Shown here in pieces: positions 21,620 through 35,653 of a DNA stretch of 64,000 nt. Position 1 is the first letter of the stretch; the number at the start of each line of letters is the position of its first letter. Location: NCBI GenBank assembly GCA_030390025.1, contig JASTWF010000329.1, positions 434,001-498,000 of the forward strand, written 5' to 3'. The notes beneath the pieces were generated by a model. The model did not search any database, had not been told where the DNA came from, and saw only the letters and a program-made list of their open reading frames with translations. A program made the position numbers and the translations under genes. This DNA comes from Squalus acanthias (lineage: Eukaryota).

Positions 21620-23097
21620 AAAACATAAGAACATAAGATGTAGGAGCAGGAGTAGGTCATTCGGCCCCTCGAGCCTGCTCCGCCATTCAATAAGATCATG
21701 GCTGATCTGATCTTGGCCTCAACTCCACTTCCCTGCCCGCTCCCCATAACCCTTCACTCCCTTACCATTCAAAAATCTGTCTATCTCCACCTTAAATATA
21801 TTCAATGACCCAGCCTCCACAGCTCTCTGGGGCAGAGAATTCCAACGATTCACGGCCCTCTGAGTGAAGAAATTCCTCCTCATTTCCGATTTAAAAAGGT
21901 GCCCCCTTATTCTGAAACTATGCCCCCTAGTTCTAGATTCCCCCACGAGGGGAAACATCCTCTCTGCATCTACCCTGTCAAGCCCCTTCAGAATCTTATA
22001 TGTTTCAATAAGATCACCTCTCATTCTTCTAAACTCCAATGAGTATAGGCCCAACCTGCTCAACCTTTCTTCATAAGTCAATCCCTTCATCTCCAGAATC
22101 AACCTACTGAACTTTCTCTGAACTGCCTCCAATGCAAGTGTATCCTTCCTTAAATAAGGAGACCAAAACTGTGTGCAGTACTCAAGGTGTGGTCTCAGCA
22201 ACCCTGTACAGTTGTAACAGGACTTCCCTACTTTTATACTCCATTCCCTTTGCAATAAAGGTCAACACTCCATTTGCCTTCCTAATTACTTGCTGTACCT
22301 GCATGCTAACTTTTTATGATTCATGTACAAGGACCCCCAGATCCCTCTGTACCTCAGCATTTTGTAATCTCTCCCCATTTAAATAATAATTTGCTTTTTT
22401 ATTTTTGCTACCAAAGTGGATAACCTCGCATTTTCCCACATTAAACTCCATCTGTCAGATTTTTGCCCACTCACTTAGCCTATCTATATCCCTTTGGAGA
22501 TTCTTTACGTCCTCCACACAATTTGCTTTCCCACCTATCTTTGTATCATCAGCAAATTTGGTACATTACACTCAGTCCCTTCATCCAAGTCATTAATATA
22601 GATTGTAAATAGTTGAGGCCCCAGCACTGATCCCTGTGGCACCCCACTAGTTACAGTTTGCCAACCTGAAAATGACCCATTTATCCCAACTTTCTGCTTT
22701 CTGTTAGTTAGCCAATCCTCTATCCATGCTAATCTATTACCCCCAACCCATGAGCTCTTATTTTGTGCAGTAACCTTTTATGTGGCACCTTATCGAATGC
22801 CTTCTGGAAATCCAAATACACTACATCTACTGGTTCCCCTTTGTCCACCCTGCTCGTTACATCCTCAAAGAACTCCAGCAAATTTGTCAAACATGATTTC
22901 CCTTTCATAAAACCATGCTGACTCTGCTTGACTATATTATGACTTTCTAAATATCCTATCACTTCCTTAATGATGGACTCCAGCATTTTCCCAATGACAG
23001 ATGTTAGGCTAACTGGTCTATAGTTTCCTGCTTTCTGTCTCCCTCCCTTCTCAAATAGGGGCGTTACATTTGCGGTTTTGCAGTTCGCTGGGACCTC
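21620..23097 (-). mobile_element. 5'-truncated CR1 LINE
   Basis: RT fragments 22729-22986 and 21719-22255; TTCTTATG tail; probable ttgat duplication. Confidence 0.85.
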
Positions 23098-23185
23098 TTG
23101 ATGCCTTTTGTGAGTTAGAAAAAGATAAAATATACACTAAATGGGAAATGTTTAAAAGGAGTAGAAGAGTAGAACTTTAAAGAGG

Positions 23186-23983
23186 TGTAAGATTCGAGCT
23201 AACGCCTTGTCTTATTAATTAACAGGATCGAGAGTCAAGTCTCAGCATCTTTAATACCTTATTAAGAAATATAAGATGAGCAGATTATCTGCCCTCTACC
23301 ATACCTTATAATGATCCTCTATCACAGTAAACATGCAAGTCCCGCGTGTCCACCGTAACTTACACGAGGTCAGCCCGCTGGATGGAACCTCGGGCGCCCT
23401 GAGCTTGATCTCCGGTGTCTCCAGTCCTGACTGCCCCCTTACATCAGGATCCCCTCACTTTTATACCCTGTAGTGATCCATCTCTGGCACCTGACTCTTC
23501 TTTGTCTTCTCTGCTGGGTTTTGGCAGGAAGCGACGAAAAAACAGCTGGAATTTCTCTAATCTGTGATTTACAAGGACACATTCCATGGTTCCCAGCAGT
23601 GACTTTTCCTCAGTAATGTTCTCATTTTCCCTAAACTACCCTGCCTGCTGATAATTTTGTTATTTCTTATAGTTTCACAATTATAGGTATAAACATCACA
23701 CATTATAATCTAGTCTATTCTATTACTCACTTTGGTTTAAGTTTATATTGTGGTTAATAACAGACACACCCTGTTCTTTCCCCTGATCTGATTACAGATT
23801 CCAACCAGTCGATTCAGTGAATGGAATGTCTTATCAGTGTTGCCATGGCGACCTGTCTGCAGTGAATCGCCTGTTTGAGTTTCTAACTCAGACTAAACTT
23901 CTCTTTCCCATAATACACATTATATCAGACATTTGATGTCAATGAATTTTAACCTTGTTATGTTAATATCTCTAAAACCTACA
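23186..23983 (-). mobile_element. Possible solo LTR
   Basis: tgt...aca ends, minus-strand TATAAAA (~23465) and ATTAAA (~23253); related fragment at ~38785-38935; no convincing TSD. Confidence 0.4.
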
Positions 23984-24732
23984 AGAAAGACAGACTTGTG
24001 TTTATACAGCACCTTTCACCACCTCAGGACGTCGCAATGTGCTTCACAGCCAATGAAGTACTTTTGAAGAGTGGTCACTGACAGTGCTGCATTGTGGGAA
24101 ACAAGCGGCTCAGATACACAAACCTTTCAAAGTGGGAGGACAAGTTGATAAAGTAGTTTAAAAAAGCACGAGGGATCCTCGGTTTTATAAATAGGGGTGG
24201 AGAGTACAAAAGGGCAGAGGTCATGTAAACCTGTACAAATCATTGGTTAGGCTGCAGTTCGAATATTGGGTCAAGTTTTGGGGCATCTTACACCAGGAAG
24301 GATGTCAAGGCCGTGGAGAGGGTGCAGAGAGATTCACTGAGATGATACCAGGGAAGAGAGGCTTTAGTTATCAGGAGAGATTAGAGAAACTGGGGCTCTT
24401 TTCATTGGAACAAAGGGTAATTGGAGATCTGAGCGAGGTGTTCAGAATTTGATCAGGTAAATGAGGAAAATCTATTTCCACCAGTCGGTGAGTCAGGAAC
24501 TAGAGGGCATCAAATTCAAATCATCACCAAAAGGCTCAGACCCAGGGATGAACGATCGAGCACACCGGACACAAATGTTCAGGAGACTCACTGTCCCTCC
24601 GGATCTGTGTCCGGGAGAAACTGATGGGTTTCTCTTATCTTTGGGTTAAATGTTCTCACAGAACTGATGGATGTCAGTGCTGGGGAATGGGGTGTTCTGA
24701 GCACCGAGTGTCTGCCTGAAGCGCTCTCCAGT

Positions 24733-26280
24733 CAGGTACAGCACAGGTTAGATAGAGAGTAAAGCTCCCTCTGCACTGTCCCATCAAACACTCCCAGGGC
24801 AGGTACAGCACGGGTTAGATACAGAGTAAAGCTCCCTCTACACTGTCCCCTCAAACACTCCCAGGGCAGGTACAGCACGGGTTAGATACAGAGTAAAGCT
24901 CCCTCTACACTGTCCCCTCAAACACTCCCAGGGCAGGTACAGCACGGGTTAGATACAGAGTAAAGCTCCCTCTACACTGTCCCCTCAAACACTCCCAGGG
25001 CAGGTACAGCACGGGTTAGATACAGAGTAAAGTTCCCTCTGCACAGTCCCATCAAACACTCTCAGGGCAGGTACAGCACAGGTTAGATACAGAGTAAAGC
25101 TCCCTCTACACTGTCCCCTCAAACACTCCCAGGGCAGGTACAGCACGGGTTAGATACAGAGTAAAGCTCCCTCTACACTGTCCCATCAAACACTCCCAGG
25201 GCAGGTACAGCACGGGTTAGATACAGAGTAAAGCTCCCTCTACACTGTCCCATCAAACACTCCCAGGGCAGGTACAGCACGGGTTAGATACAGAGTAAAG
25301 CTCCCTCTACACTGTCCCATCAAACACTCCCAGGGCAGGTACAGCACTGCTTAGATACAGAGTAAAGCTCCCTCTACACTGTCCCCTCAAACACTCCCAG
25401 GGCAGGTACAGCACGGGTTATATACAGAGTAAAGCTCCCTCTACATTATCCCATCAAACACTCCCAGGGCAGGTACAGCACGGGTTAGATACAGAGTAAA
25501 GCTCCCTCTACACTGTCCCATCAAACACTCCCAGGGCAGGTACAGCACGGGTTAGATACAGAGTAAAGCTCCCTCTACACTGTCCCATCAAACACTCCCA
25601 GGGCAGGTACAGCACGGGTTAGATACAGAGTAAAGCTCCCTCTACACTGTCCCATCAAACACTCCCAGGGCAGGTACAGCACGGGTTAGATAGAGAGTAA
25701 AGCTCCCTCTACACTGTCCCATCAAACACTCTCCAGTCAGGTACAGCCGGGTTAGATACAGAGTAAAGCTCCCTCTACACTGTCCCCTCAAACACTCCCA
25801 GGGCAGGTACAGCATGGGTTAGATACAGAGTAAAGCTCCCTCTACACTGTCCCATCAAACACTCCCAGGGCAGGTACAGCACGGGTTAGATAGAGAGTAA
25901 AGCTCCCTCTACACTGTCCCATCAAACACTCCCAGGGCAGGTACAGCACGGGTTAGATACAGAGTAAAGCTCCCTCTACACTGTCCCATCAAACACTCCC
26001 TGGGCAGGTACAGCACGGGTTAGATACAGAGTAAAGCTCCCTCTACACTGTCCCATCAAACACTCCCAGGGCAGGTACAGCACGGGTTAGATACAGAGTA
26101 AAGCTACCTCTACACTGTCCCATCAAACACTCCCAGGGCAGGTACACCACGGGTTAAATACAGAGTAAAGCTCCCTCGACACTGTCCCATCAAACACTCC
26201 CAGGGCAGGTACAGCACTGGTTAGATACAGAGTAAAGCTCCCTCTACACTGTCCCATCAAACACTCCCAGGGCAGGTACA
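24733..26280. repeat. 67-bp satellite, ~23 copies
   Basis: unit caggtacagcacgggttagatacagagtaaagctccctctacactgtcccatcaaacactcccaggg. Confidence 0.97.
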
Positions 26281-26417
26281 TGGACATGTTATCGATACAT
26301 TCCCTGGATACCAAGGCTAGGAGGGGCACTGTGGATGATATGGGGAGCTGGGACTTGTCCATGAGAGTAACCGAAGTTATGAAAACTGAAATAGTCTAGG
26401 GTAATGATCGGGTGTTA

Positions 26418-26800
26418 GTCGTGGCTCAGTGGGAGCACTCTCATCTCTGAGTTAGGAGGTTGTGGGTTCAAGTCCCACTCCAGAGACTTGAGCACAAAAT
26501 CTAGGCTGACACTCCAATGCAGTACTGAGGGAGTGCGGCACTGTCAGAGGTGCCATCTTTTGGATGAGTTGTTAAGCCGAGGCCCCATCAGCCCTCAATC
26601 AACATCACTAAAACAGATTGTCTGGCCATTATCACATTGCTGTTCACGGCAGCTTGCTGTGCGCAAATTGGCTGCTGCATTTCCTACAACAGTGAATGTT
26701 CTTCAAATGTACTTTGATGTTGTTGTACTTCATTGGCTGTAAAGCACTTTGGGACGTCCTGAGCTCGTGTGAGGTGCTGCATAAATACAAGTCTTTATTT
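26418..26800 (+). mobile_element. tRNA-derived SINE with L2-like tail (Deu-domain/SacSINE1-like)
   Basis: A box tggctcagtgg, B box gggttcaagtccc, tail ctgtaaagcactttgggacgtc...ataaatacaagt. Confidence 0.75.
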
Positions 26801-27041
26801 AACAAAGGAGAAACGACCCAAAAAAGGAAGAGTCAGTAACAGGACAACAATTAGTCTCCTCTTATTATGGGAGAAATCAAGGACTCGACACACTGTGTGT
26901 TCGAAACAAAGCTGATTTATTTGTCAGATATTAAACTCCAGCCCAGTTACAGGGGAAACAAGCCCCAACTGTCAGAATGAACATGGTTCAGTCCTGGATG
27001 TGATTAACAGCAGCAATAACAGCAGAATCCAACCCCTGCAG

Positions 27042-28417
27042 TCAGTCGTGAACTCGCTGGTGTCTCAGCAGGCTGGATGAACGAATGAATCCCTTCCCAC
27101 ACACAGAGCAGGTGAACGGCCTCTCCCCAGTGTGAATGCGTTGGTGTTTCATCAGATCATTTCTGCTTTTAAAGCTCTTCTCACAGTCAGAGCATTTAAA
27201 CGGTCTCCTGTTGGTGTGAACAAGTTGGTGTGTAGTGAGGTGGGATGACAGAGTGAATCCCTTCCCACACACGGAGCAGGTGAACGGCCTCTCCCCAGTG
27301 TGAATGCGTTGGTGATCAGTGAGGTGGGGTGAATTTGTGAATCCCTTCCCACAGACGGAGCAGGTGAACGGTCTCTCTCCAGTGTGAAAACGCTGGTGTC
27401 TCAGATGGTGAGATGATTTAATGAATCCTTTCCCACACACGGAGCAGGTGAACGGTCTCTCTCCAGTGTGAACTCGCTTGTGATCAGTGAGGTGGGAAGA
27501 ACAAGTGAATCGCTTCTCACACACGGAGCAGGTGAACGGTCTCTCTCCAGTGTGAACTCGCTGGTGTTCAGTGAGGGTGGATGAATGAGTGAATCCCTTT
27601 CCACACACGGAGCAGGTGAACGGCCTCTCCCTAGTGTGAACTCGCTGGTGTGACTGGAGGCCGGATGGTGAAGTGAATCCCTTTCCACACACGGAGCAGG
27701 TGAACGGTCTCTCTCCAGTGTGAACTCGCTTGTGATCAGTGAGGTGGGAAGAACAAGTGAATCCCTTCCCACACACGGAGCAGGTGAATGGCCTCTCCCC
27801 AGTGTGAACTCGCTGGTGTCTCAGCAGGTTGGATGACTGAGTGAATCCCTTCCCACACACGGAGCAGGTGAACAGTACCTCTCCCAGTGTGAACTCGCTG
27901 GTGTCTCAGCAGACTGGATGAATGAGTGAATCCCTTCCCACACTCGGAGCAGGTGAACGGCCTCTCCCCGGTGTGACTGCGTCGATGAATTTCCAGCTGG
28001 GACGGGGAACTGAATCCCTTCCCACAGTCCCCACATTTCCACGGTTTCTCCGTGGTGCGGGTGTCCTTCTGTCTCTCCAGGCTGGACGATCAGTTGAAGC
28101 CTCGTCCACACACAGAACACGTGTACGGTTTCTCCCCGCTGTGAACGGTGCGATGTTTTTTCAGGCTGTGTAACTGGTTAAAGCTCTTTCCACAGTCAGT
28201 GCACTGGAACACTCTCACTCGGGTGTGTGTGTCTCGGTGCTTTTCCAGTCACACTGATGTTTGAAATCTTTTCCCACAGACAGAACAGACAAACATTTCT
28301 CCTTCCACATTCAAAGGCCGATGATATTCAGCTCCTGATGAATGGAGTGACTCTGTCAGATGTTGAGGTGATGTTTGGTTTGAGTTTTCCGTCTGTAAAT
28401 CCTCACCTTCTAATACC
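27042..28417 (-). pseudogene. C2H2 ZNF gene with 12 intact fingers, +1 frameshift near 27875, and 3 degenerate 5' fingers
   Basis: ORF 27042-27860 holds 10 fingers; the linker gtgaacagtacctctccc has one extra base; in-frame TGA at 28251 and 28092. Confidence 0.8.
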
Positions 28418-28505
28418 CTGTAAAAGGAGTTTACAAAAGTCATCACTGTAAGTACAGGATAGAAATTCAGAACAGACAATTCTAGTTTCTGTGGAACATT
28501 CTTTC

Positions 28506-31500
28506 ATAAGAACATAAGAAATAGGAGCAGGAGTGGGCCATTCGGCCCCTCGAGCCTGCTCCGCCATTCAATAAGATCATGGCTGATCTTCTACCTCATC
28601 TCCACTTTCCTGCACTATCTCCATATCCCTTGATTCCCTTAATATTCAACAATCTATCGATCTCTATCTTGAATATACTCAACGACTGAGCCTCCACAGC
28701 CCTCTGGGGTGGAGAATTCCAAAGATTCACCACCCTCTGAGTCAAGACATTTCTCCTCATCTCAGTCCTAAATGGCTGACCCCTTATTCGGAGACTGTGA
28801 CCCCTGGTTCTAGATTCCCCAGCCAGGGGAAACATCCTCCCTGCATCTACCCTGTCAAGCCCTGTAAGAATTTTGTATGTTTCAATGAGATCACTTCTCA
28901 TTCTTCTAAACTCTAGAGAATATAGGCCGAGTCTACTCAATCTCTCCTCATAGGACAATCCCCCCATCCCAGGAACCAGTCTGGCGAACCTTCGTTGCAC
29001 TCCCTCTATGGCAAGTATATCCTTCCTTAGGTAAGGAGACCAAAACTGTACACAATACTCCAGGTGTGGTCTCACCAGGGCCCTATATAATTGCAGTAAG
29101 ACGTCTTTACTCTTATACTCAAATCCTCTTGTAACAAAGGCCAACATACCATTTGCTTTCCTAATTGCTTGCTGTACATGCATGTTAACTTTCAGTGATT
29201 CGTGTACAAGGACACCCAGGTCCCACTGAACACCAACATTTCCCAATCTCTCACCATTTAAAAAATATTCTGCTTTTCTATTTTTCCGACCAAAGTGGAT
29301 AACTTCACATTTCTCCACATTATATTCCATTTGCCATGTTCTTGCCCACTCACTTAGCCTGTCTATATCCCCTTGAAACCTCCTTGCATCCTCCTCACAA
29401 CTTACATTCCCACTCAGCTTTGTATCATCAGCAAACTTGGATATATTACATTTGGTCCCCTCATCCAAATCATTGATGTAGATTGTGAATAGCTGAGGCC
29501 CAAGCACTGATCCTTGCGGTACCCCACTAGTTACAGCCTGCCAACCCAAAAATGACCTGCTTATTCCTTCTCTCTGTTTTCTGTCCATTAACCAATCCTC
29601 AATCCATGCTAGTATATTACCCCCAATCCCATGAGCCCTAATTTTGTTTAACAACCTCTTGTGTGGGACTTTATCAAAGGCCTTCTGAAAATCCAAATAC
29701 ACCACATCCCTTATCTATTCTGTTAGTTACAACCTCAAAAAATTCTAACAGATTTGTCAAACACAATTTCCCTTTCATAAATCCATGTTGACTCTGCCCA
29801 ATCCTATCATTATTTTCTAAGTGCCCTGTTACCATGTTCTTAATAATAGATTCTAGCATTTTCCCAACTACTGATGTCAGGCTAACTGGTCTGTAGTTCC
29901 CCGGTTTCTCTCTCCCTCCTTTCTTAAATAGTGGGGTTACATTTGCTACCTTCCAATCTGCGGGAACCGTTCTAGAATCTATGGAATTTTGGAAAATGAC
30001 AACCAATGCATCCACTATCTCTATAGCCACCTCTTTCAAAACCCTAGGATGTAGGCCATCAGGTCCAGGGGATTTATCGGCTTTCAGTCCTATTAATTTC
30101 TCCAGTACTACTTTTTTACTAATACTAATTTCTTTCAGTTCCTCATTCTCGTTAGGCCCTTGGAACTTCATTATTTCCGGGAAGTTTTTTGCGTGAAGAC
30201 AGACACAAAGTATTTGTTTAATTTCTCTGCCATTTCCTTATTCCCCATTATAATTTCTCCTGTCTCAGCCTGTAAGGGACCCACATTTTTGCTAATCTTT
30301 TCCTTTTTACATACCTATGGAAGCTTTTACAGTCTGTTTTTATGTCTCTCGCTTGTTTACTCTCATATTCTATTTTCCCTTTCTTTATTAATTTCTTGGT
30401 CCTCCTTTGCTGAATTCTAGAATCCTCCCAATCTTCAGGCTTACAACTCTTTTTGGCAGCATTATAAGCCTCTTCCTTTGATCTAATACTATCTTTAACT
30501 GCTATTGTTAGCCACGGTTGGACCACTTTCTTGTGGGGTTTTTGTGCCTTAAAGGAATGTATATTTGTTGTAAATTATGTATTAATTCTTTAACGCTAGC
30601 CATTGCTCATCCACTGTCATACCTTTTAATGTAGTTTCCCAATCTACCTTAGCCATCTCGCCCCTCATACCTACATAGTTTGCTTTGTTTAGATTTAAGA
30701 CCCTAATTTCGGATTTAACTAAGTCACTTTCAAACTCAATATAAAATTCTATCATATTATGGTCACTCTTCCCTAAAGGCCCCTTTACTACAAGGTTATT
30801 AATTAACCCTTTCTCATTGCACAATACTAGATCTAAAATAGCCTGTTCCCTCGTTGGTTCCTCAACATATTGATCTAGAAAACTATCTTGCATACATTCC
30901 ATGAATTCGTCCTCCACACTATTACTGAAAATTTGGTTTGCCCAGTCTATATGCAGATTAAAGTCCCCCATGATTACTGTATTACCCTTGTTACATTTGC
31001 CTCTAATTTCCTGATTTATACTCTGCCCTACATTACAATTACTGTTTGAGGGCCTATAAACAACTCCCACCAATGTTTTCTGCCCCTTGCTGTTTCTTAG
31101 CGCCACCCAAACTGATTCTACTTCCTGATTTTCAGAGCTCAGATCCTTTCTCTCTCCTGTCTTTATCCCATCCTTTATTATCAGGGCTACCCATCCTCCT
31201 TTTCCATTTTGCCTATCCCTTCTAAAAGTTATATATCCTGGAATATTTAGTTCCCAACCTTGGCCACTTTGCAACCACATCTCCGTTATGGCTATTAGAT
31301 CAAACCTGTTAATTTCTATCTGCGCTATTAATTCATCTATTTTGTTGTAAATGCTTCGCGCATTCAGATATAGTGCCTTTCGCTTTGACTTATTTCTATT
31401 TATCCCTGATGTCACCTTAGTCACTGATGTCTTATTACCTTTGTTACTCTCTCTGCTCCTTCCTGACCCACTCTGCTTATTTTTACCCAAAACTCTACTC

Positions 31501-32465
31501 TGCTCTAGAGCCATTACATTTCTCTCGTTGCTTTTAAATTTACTCTTTCCTGAATCCTCCCACCACCCCACCTTCATTAGTTTAAAGCCCTGTCTATTGT
31601 CCTAGTTTTTGGTTCGCCAGGACACTGGTCCCAGCCCGGTTTAAGTGGAGCCCATCCCAACGGAACAGCTCCCTCTTTCCCCAGTACTGGTGCCAGTGCC
31701 CCATGAACCAAAACCCCTTCCTCCCACACCACACTTTGAGCCACGCATTTAAACCTCTAATCTGTTTGTCCCTACGCCAATTTGCACGTGGCTCAGGTAA
31801 AAATCCAGAGATTATTACATTTGAGGTTCTGCTTTTTAATTTGGATCCTAGCTCCTCAAACTCCCTCAGCAGAACCTTATTCCTAGTTCTACCTATGTCG
31901 CTGGTTTCTACATGGACCACGACAACTGGATCCTCCCCTCCCACTTCTTCTCCAGCCGCGAGGAGATGTCTTTAACCCTGGCACCAGGCAGGCAAAGGCT
32001 GAGGCTCCTCCAGCACTGCACCTGGGGTCCCCTTACCTGCCTGAGTTGCAGTCACACCCTCCTGTCCCTGACCACTAACCAGACCTGTACCACTACCTAA
32101 CCTAAGGGGTATAACTACCTCCTGGATCAAAGGTAACTCCCCCCATCCCTGATGCCCCGCAATGTCTGCACCTCAGACACCAGCTCAAAAACTCTGAGCT
32201 GAAGTTCCTCAAGATGCAGGCACTTACTGCAAACGTGGTTGTCCAGGATCACAATGCTCTCCACAAACTCCCACGTGCTGCAGTTGCGGCACACCACCTG
32301 CACTGCCATCCCTATATGACCTTGATTTATTTAATTTAATTTAATTTGTAATTAGGTAACTTAGTTTACAGTGTCGTTTCCTGACTACTTACTTGATCTA
32401 GATTAATTAAATATCTACCTGTAACACAAAGCACTACAAGTAGTGTAGGCAAAAAGCAACAACTC
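28506..32465 (-). mobile_element. Near full-length CR1 LINE in a ZNF intron (ORF1 zinc finger + esterase; ORF2 endonuclease + RT; frameshifted)
   Basis: 32127-32309 CRNC...CSKC; 31594-31944 VVVVHVETSDIG...DGLHLNRAG; 30582-31577 LNARS/GDFN/SDH; 28596-29705 RT; intron sequence resumes at ~32467. Confidence 0.92.
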
Positions 32466-32689
32466 CTTCCCACTCTTATTCCCCCAAAGCTGTAAATCCC
32501 CGTCCCACACACTCTCCCTCCTCCCTGTGCTGAAATCCAAACCCATCGCACCATCTCCAACATTTCTTTCCTCCACTCCCAGTTTTCTCCTCCCTCTACT
32601 CTGGTTGGGTTCAGTTCCACACCCGCTGTGTGCAGAGTGAGAATAAAATCAATGAGTCAATGATTGTCTCTCCTGGTCACTGGGACCCT

Positions 32690-33020
32690 GAAGCCCCGCC
32701 CACTCTTGTTCCTGGCCAAGATGGCCGCGCATGCGCCGTGATCCCGGCCTGTCCAAGATGGCGGCCAGTGACCCCGCTGACCCGGGCGGCCGGGCCTGTC
32801 ACCGCGGGGCAAACACAGGGGCTTCTGTGCTCTTGTTTGGGGCCTGAGGCCGACACCGGGTGTTTATGAATCTTCCCAGCCCATCCGCGGGTCCAATTCC
32901 TCCCCGAGCCCACAATCTCCTACCGCCTCCTGGGAGCGTGTCTTCCGTTTCACTCCCGGCTCTGCTACTCGCACTGCGCATGCTCAGAGTACAGCCCCGT
33001 CCTGCGCCTGCGCACTTGGC
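32690..33020. promoter_or_regulatory. GC-rich promoter of the 27-28 kb ZNF
   Basis: caagatggccgc and caagatggcggc (YY1-type), gcgcatgcgc, ccccgccc; paralogous to 5340-5560. Confidence 0.62.
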
Positions 33021-33319
33021 TCCTGTAATCATTTTTTGACCACCGGTAGGGGCGACACTGAGTCGTCCCACTGTCACCAGACAGGAACAAAACCGTTTAG
33101 GCAAGAGCCCTAGTGCACCACAAATATGAAACAAACAATAATAACTATGTAGTGTACAGCGACACACACAAATACGATGGAAAGATGGCTACAAACTTCC
33201 CTTAACTCCAACCCTCTGATTTCTGTTTTGTAACCATCGCTCCATCCATTCTGCTGCCTGGCCCTTCACTCCACAAGGCCTGACCTTGGTCATCTTCGAG
33301 ATCTGACATACTGTTATGG

Positions 33320-33980
33320 ACAGCAAGCTGGTCACAAAACAGAAAACAGAGCGTCTGGGTCAGGAGTAGCTACTCAGACTGGCAAAAGGTGGAAAGTGAT
33401 GTTCCACAGGGATCGGTGCTGGGACCATTGTTTACTTAAACGATTTGGACTCGGGAATCAGAAGTACAAATTCAAAATTTGTTGTTTGCACCAAGTTGGA
33501 GGGTAAAGTTATTACTGAGGAAGACTGCGACAAAATACAAGAAGATATTAATACCTTTGCAGAATGGGCGTGTAATTGACAAATGAATATCAATATAGAT
33601 CAGTGTGAGGTGGTGTATTTTGGTAGGAAGAATAAGGAGGCCACACACTACTTGGAAAATCTGAGTCTAAATAGGGTAGAGGAGCAAAGGGATCTCGAGG
33701 TCCAGATACACAAATCACTAAAAGTAGCGACGCAGGTTAATAAGGCCATAAAATAAGCCAACAAAGCACTGGGGTTCTTCTCTAGAGGGATAGAATTGAA
33801 AAGCAGAGAAGTTATGTTAAACTTGTATTGAACCTCAGTTAGACCACACTGGGAATATTGTGCAGAGTTTTGGTCTCCATATTATAAAAAGTAGAGGCAC
33901 TGGAGAAGGTGCAAAAAGGATTTGCAAGGATGATCGTAGACCTGAAAGGATATACTTAGCAGGAAAGGCTGAACAGGAAT
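33320..33980 (+). mobile_element. Degenerate CR1 RT fragment
   Basis: gttccacagggatcggtgctggga (VPQGSVLG) and downstream CR1 motifs. Confidence 0.7.
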
Positions 33981-33982
33981 GG

Positions 33983-34325
33983 CCTCGCCTCTCCCTAACT
34001 CTGTCATCTCCTCCAACCCCACAACCATCCGAGTTATCTGCAATTCTCTAATTCAGGCCTTTTGAGCATCCCCGATTTTAATCGCTCAACCATTGGTGGC
34101 CGTGCCTTCAGCTGCCAAGGCCCTAACCTCTGGAATTCCCTCCCTAAACCTCTCTCTACCTCTCTTAAGAGGCTCCTTAAAACCTACCAAGCTTTTGGTC
34201 ACCTGCCCTAATATCTCCTTATGTGGCACGGTGTCAAATTTAGTTTCATAACTCTCGTGTAAAGTGCCTTGGGTGGCTTTACTATGTTAAATGTGCTAGA
34301 TAAATACAAGTTTGTTGTTGTTGAA
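33983..34325 (+). mobile_element. L2 LINE 3' fragment
   Basis: inverted homolog of 6021-6400 with (TTG)n tail. Confidence 0.75.
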
Positions 34326-34484
34326 GTAACTCTGTCTGACTGTGCCTTCTGCCTGATGACGTAGCTGGAAAAGCTTTTGCTATTATTACCACATTTGTGC
34401 ACCATCTTCTTTTCCAAAAATCTCTTAGCTTTACTAATGGCTGCTTTTGTCTCCCTCAATTGTGGGTGATATTTGTCCCTATTT

Positions 34485-34585
34485 GTCAGACGAAAGGTCA
34501 TCGACCTGAAACATTAACTCTGTTTCTCTCTTCACAGATGCTGCCTGACCTGCTGAGTATCTCCAGCATTTTCTGTTTTTATTTC
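34485..34585 (+). mobile_element. Penelope terminal-repeat fragment with degenerate hammerhead
   Basis: cagacgaaaggtcatcgacctgaaacattaactctg. Confidence 0.65.
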
Positions 34586-35653
34586 ATGTTGTTCCAAACT
34601 GGGTTCAATGTAGGACAGTTCGGGGAGTCAGGAATCATTCACCCCGAGACCTACGCTGGCCGGTAAAACCCCACACGGTTCCTCAGTAAGAATTCCTCTG
34701 GTTCCTCACCATATATTTGTCAGGATACCGAAACCCAGCTTTCTTACCGTCCACTCCTGGAGGCCCCACTCCCTGAGCCTACAACCTTCAGCAGGGTCAG
34801 TGGTGGAGTTCCACAGCGGGAGTGATCCCAGAGTAACTGTCGGGATCGCGCCCCCGTGGATGTTCCAGGTCATGTATTTTTAGTTATCCTGGTGTCTAAC
34901 ACACACACATCAATAAAACAGGGAATTCCTGGAAACACGATGCAGGTCCTTCTTTATCTGGAAATCAAATGTCTAAATGTATAATTGTACCAGCAGTTAA
35001 CAGGCTCCTGATAACTCCTCCCTCTGCTATTTTAATGCAGACTTTAACCAATTTATTTTAAATGGTTTTATTTTAAATGGGGTAATGCCTGCCTTAAAAT
35101 GGAAGACTCAGGACTGTCACCAGTTTGACACCAATCTCTGATTTGACAGCACGTTTCCAGCATTCACCGTTGTTCTTCCTGACTCTAAACACAGTTGTAA
35201 AGGAGCCTTCTGTTCTGTGCCTAGGAGCTCTGAACCATGGAAGAGAGCGGCTGGGACACGTTTCTCACAGGCCTCGAGATTAATCCGCACGGGGACTTTG
35301 CTGTCAGTGAAGAGAGACGAGAAAGACCAAAGTGCCGTTTGCCCCTCTCAGTGTGGCCCTGAAGGACTGTGTCCAGGCTGAAGTTCTGTTCCCGCCGTAC
35401 GATCCTCCCCCAGATTGTCCTTTCTGAGCTCCAGCCAGGTGATGCTAAACACTCAGGTGGGAAAGAAGAAAATCTACAACAATGTGTTTAAAACAAAGCT
35501 GATTAATTTGACATTTATCCAGAATATTAAACTCCAGCCTAGTTACAGGAGTTATTAACATCAGCAGAAACAAACCCTAACTGTCAGAATGAACATGGTT
35601 CAGTCCTGGATGTGATTAACAGCAGCAATAACAGCAGAATCCAACCCCTGCAG

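Noticed and set aside
24733..26280. CRISPR-like array
   Set aside because: Head-to-tail 67-bp units with no unique spacers, no cas genes, eukaryotic context; it is a satellite
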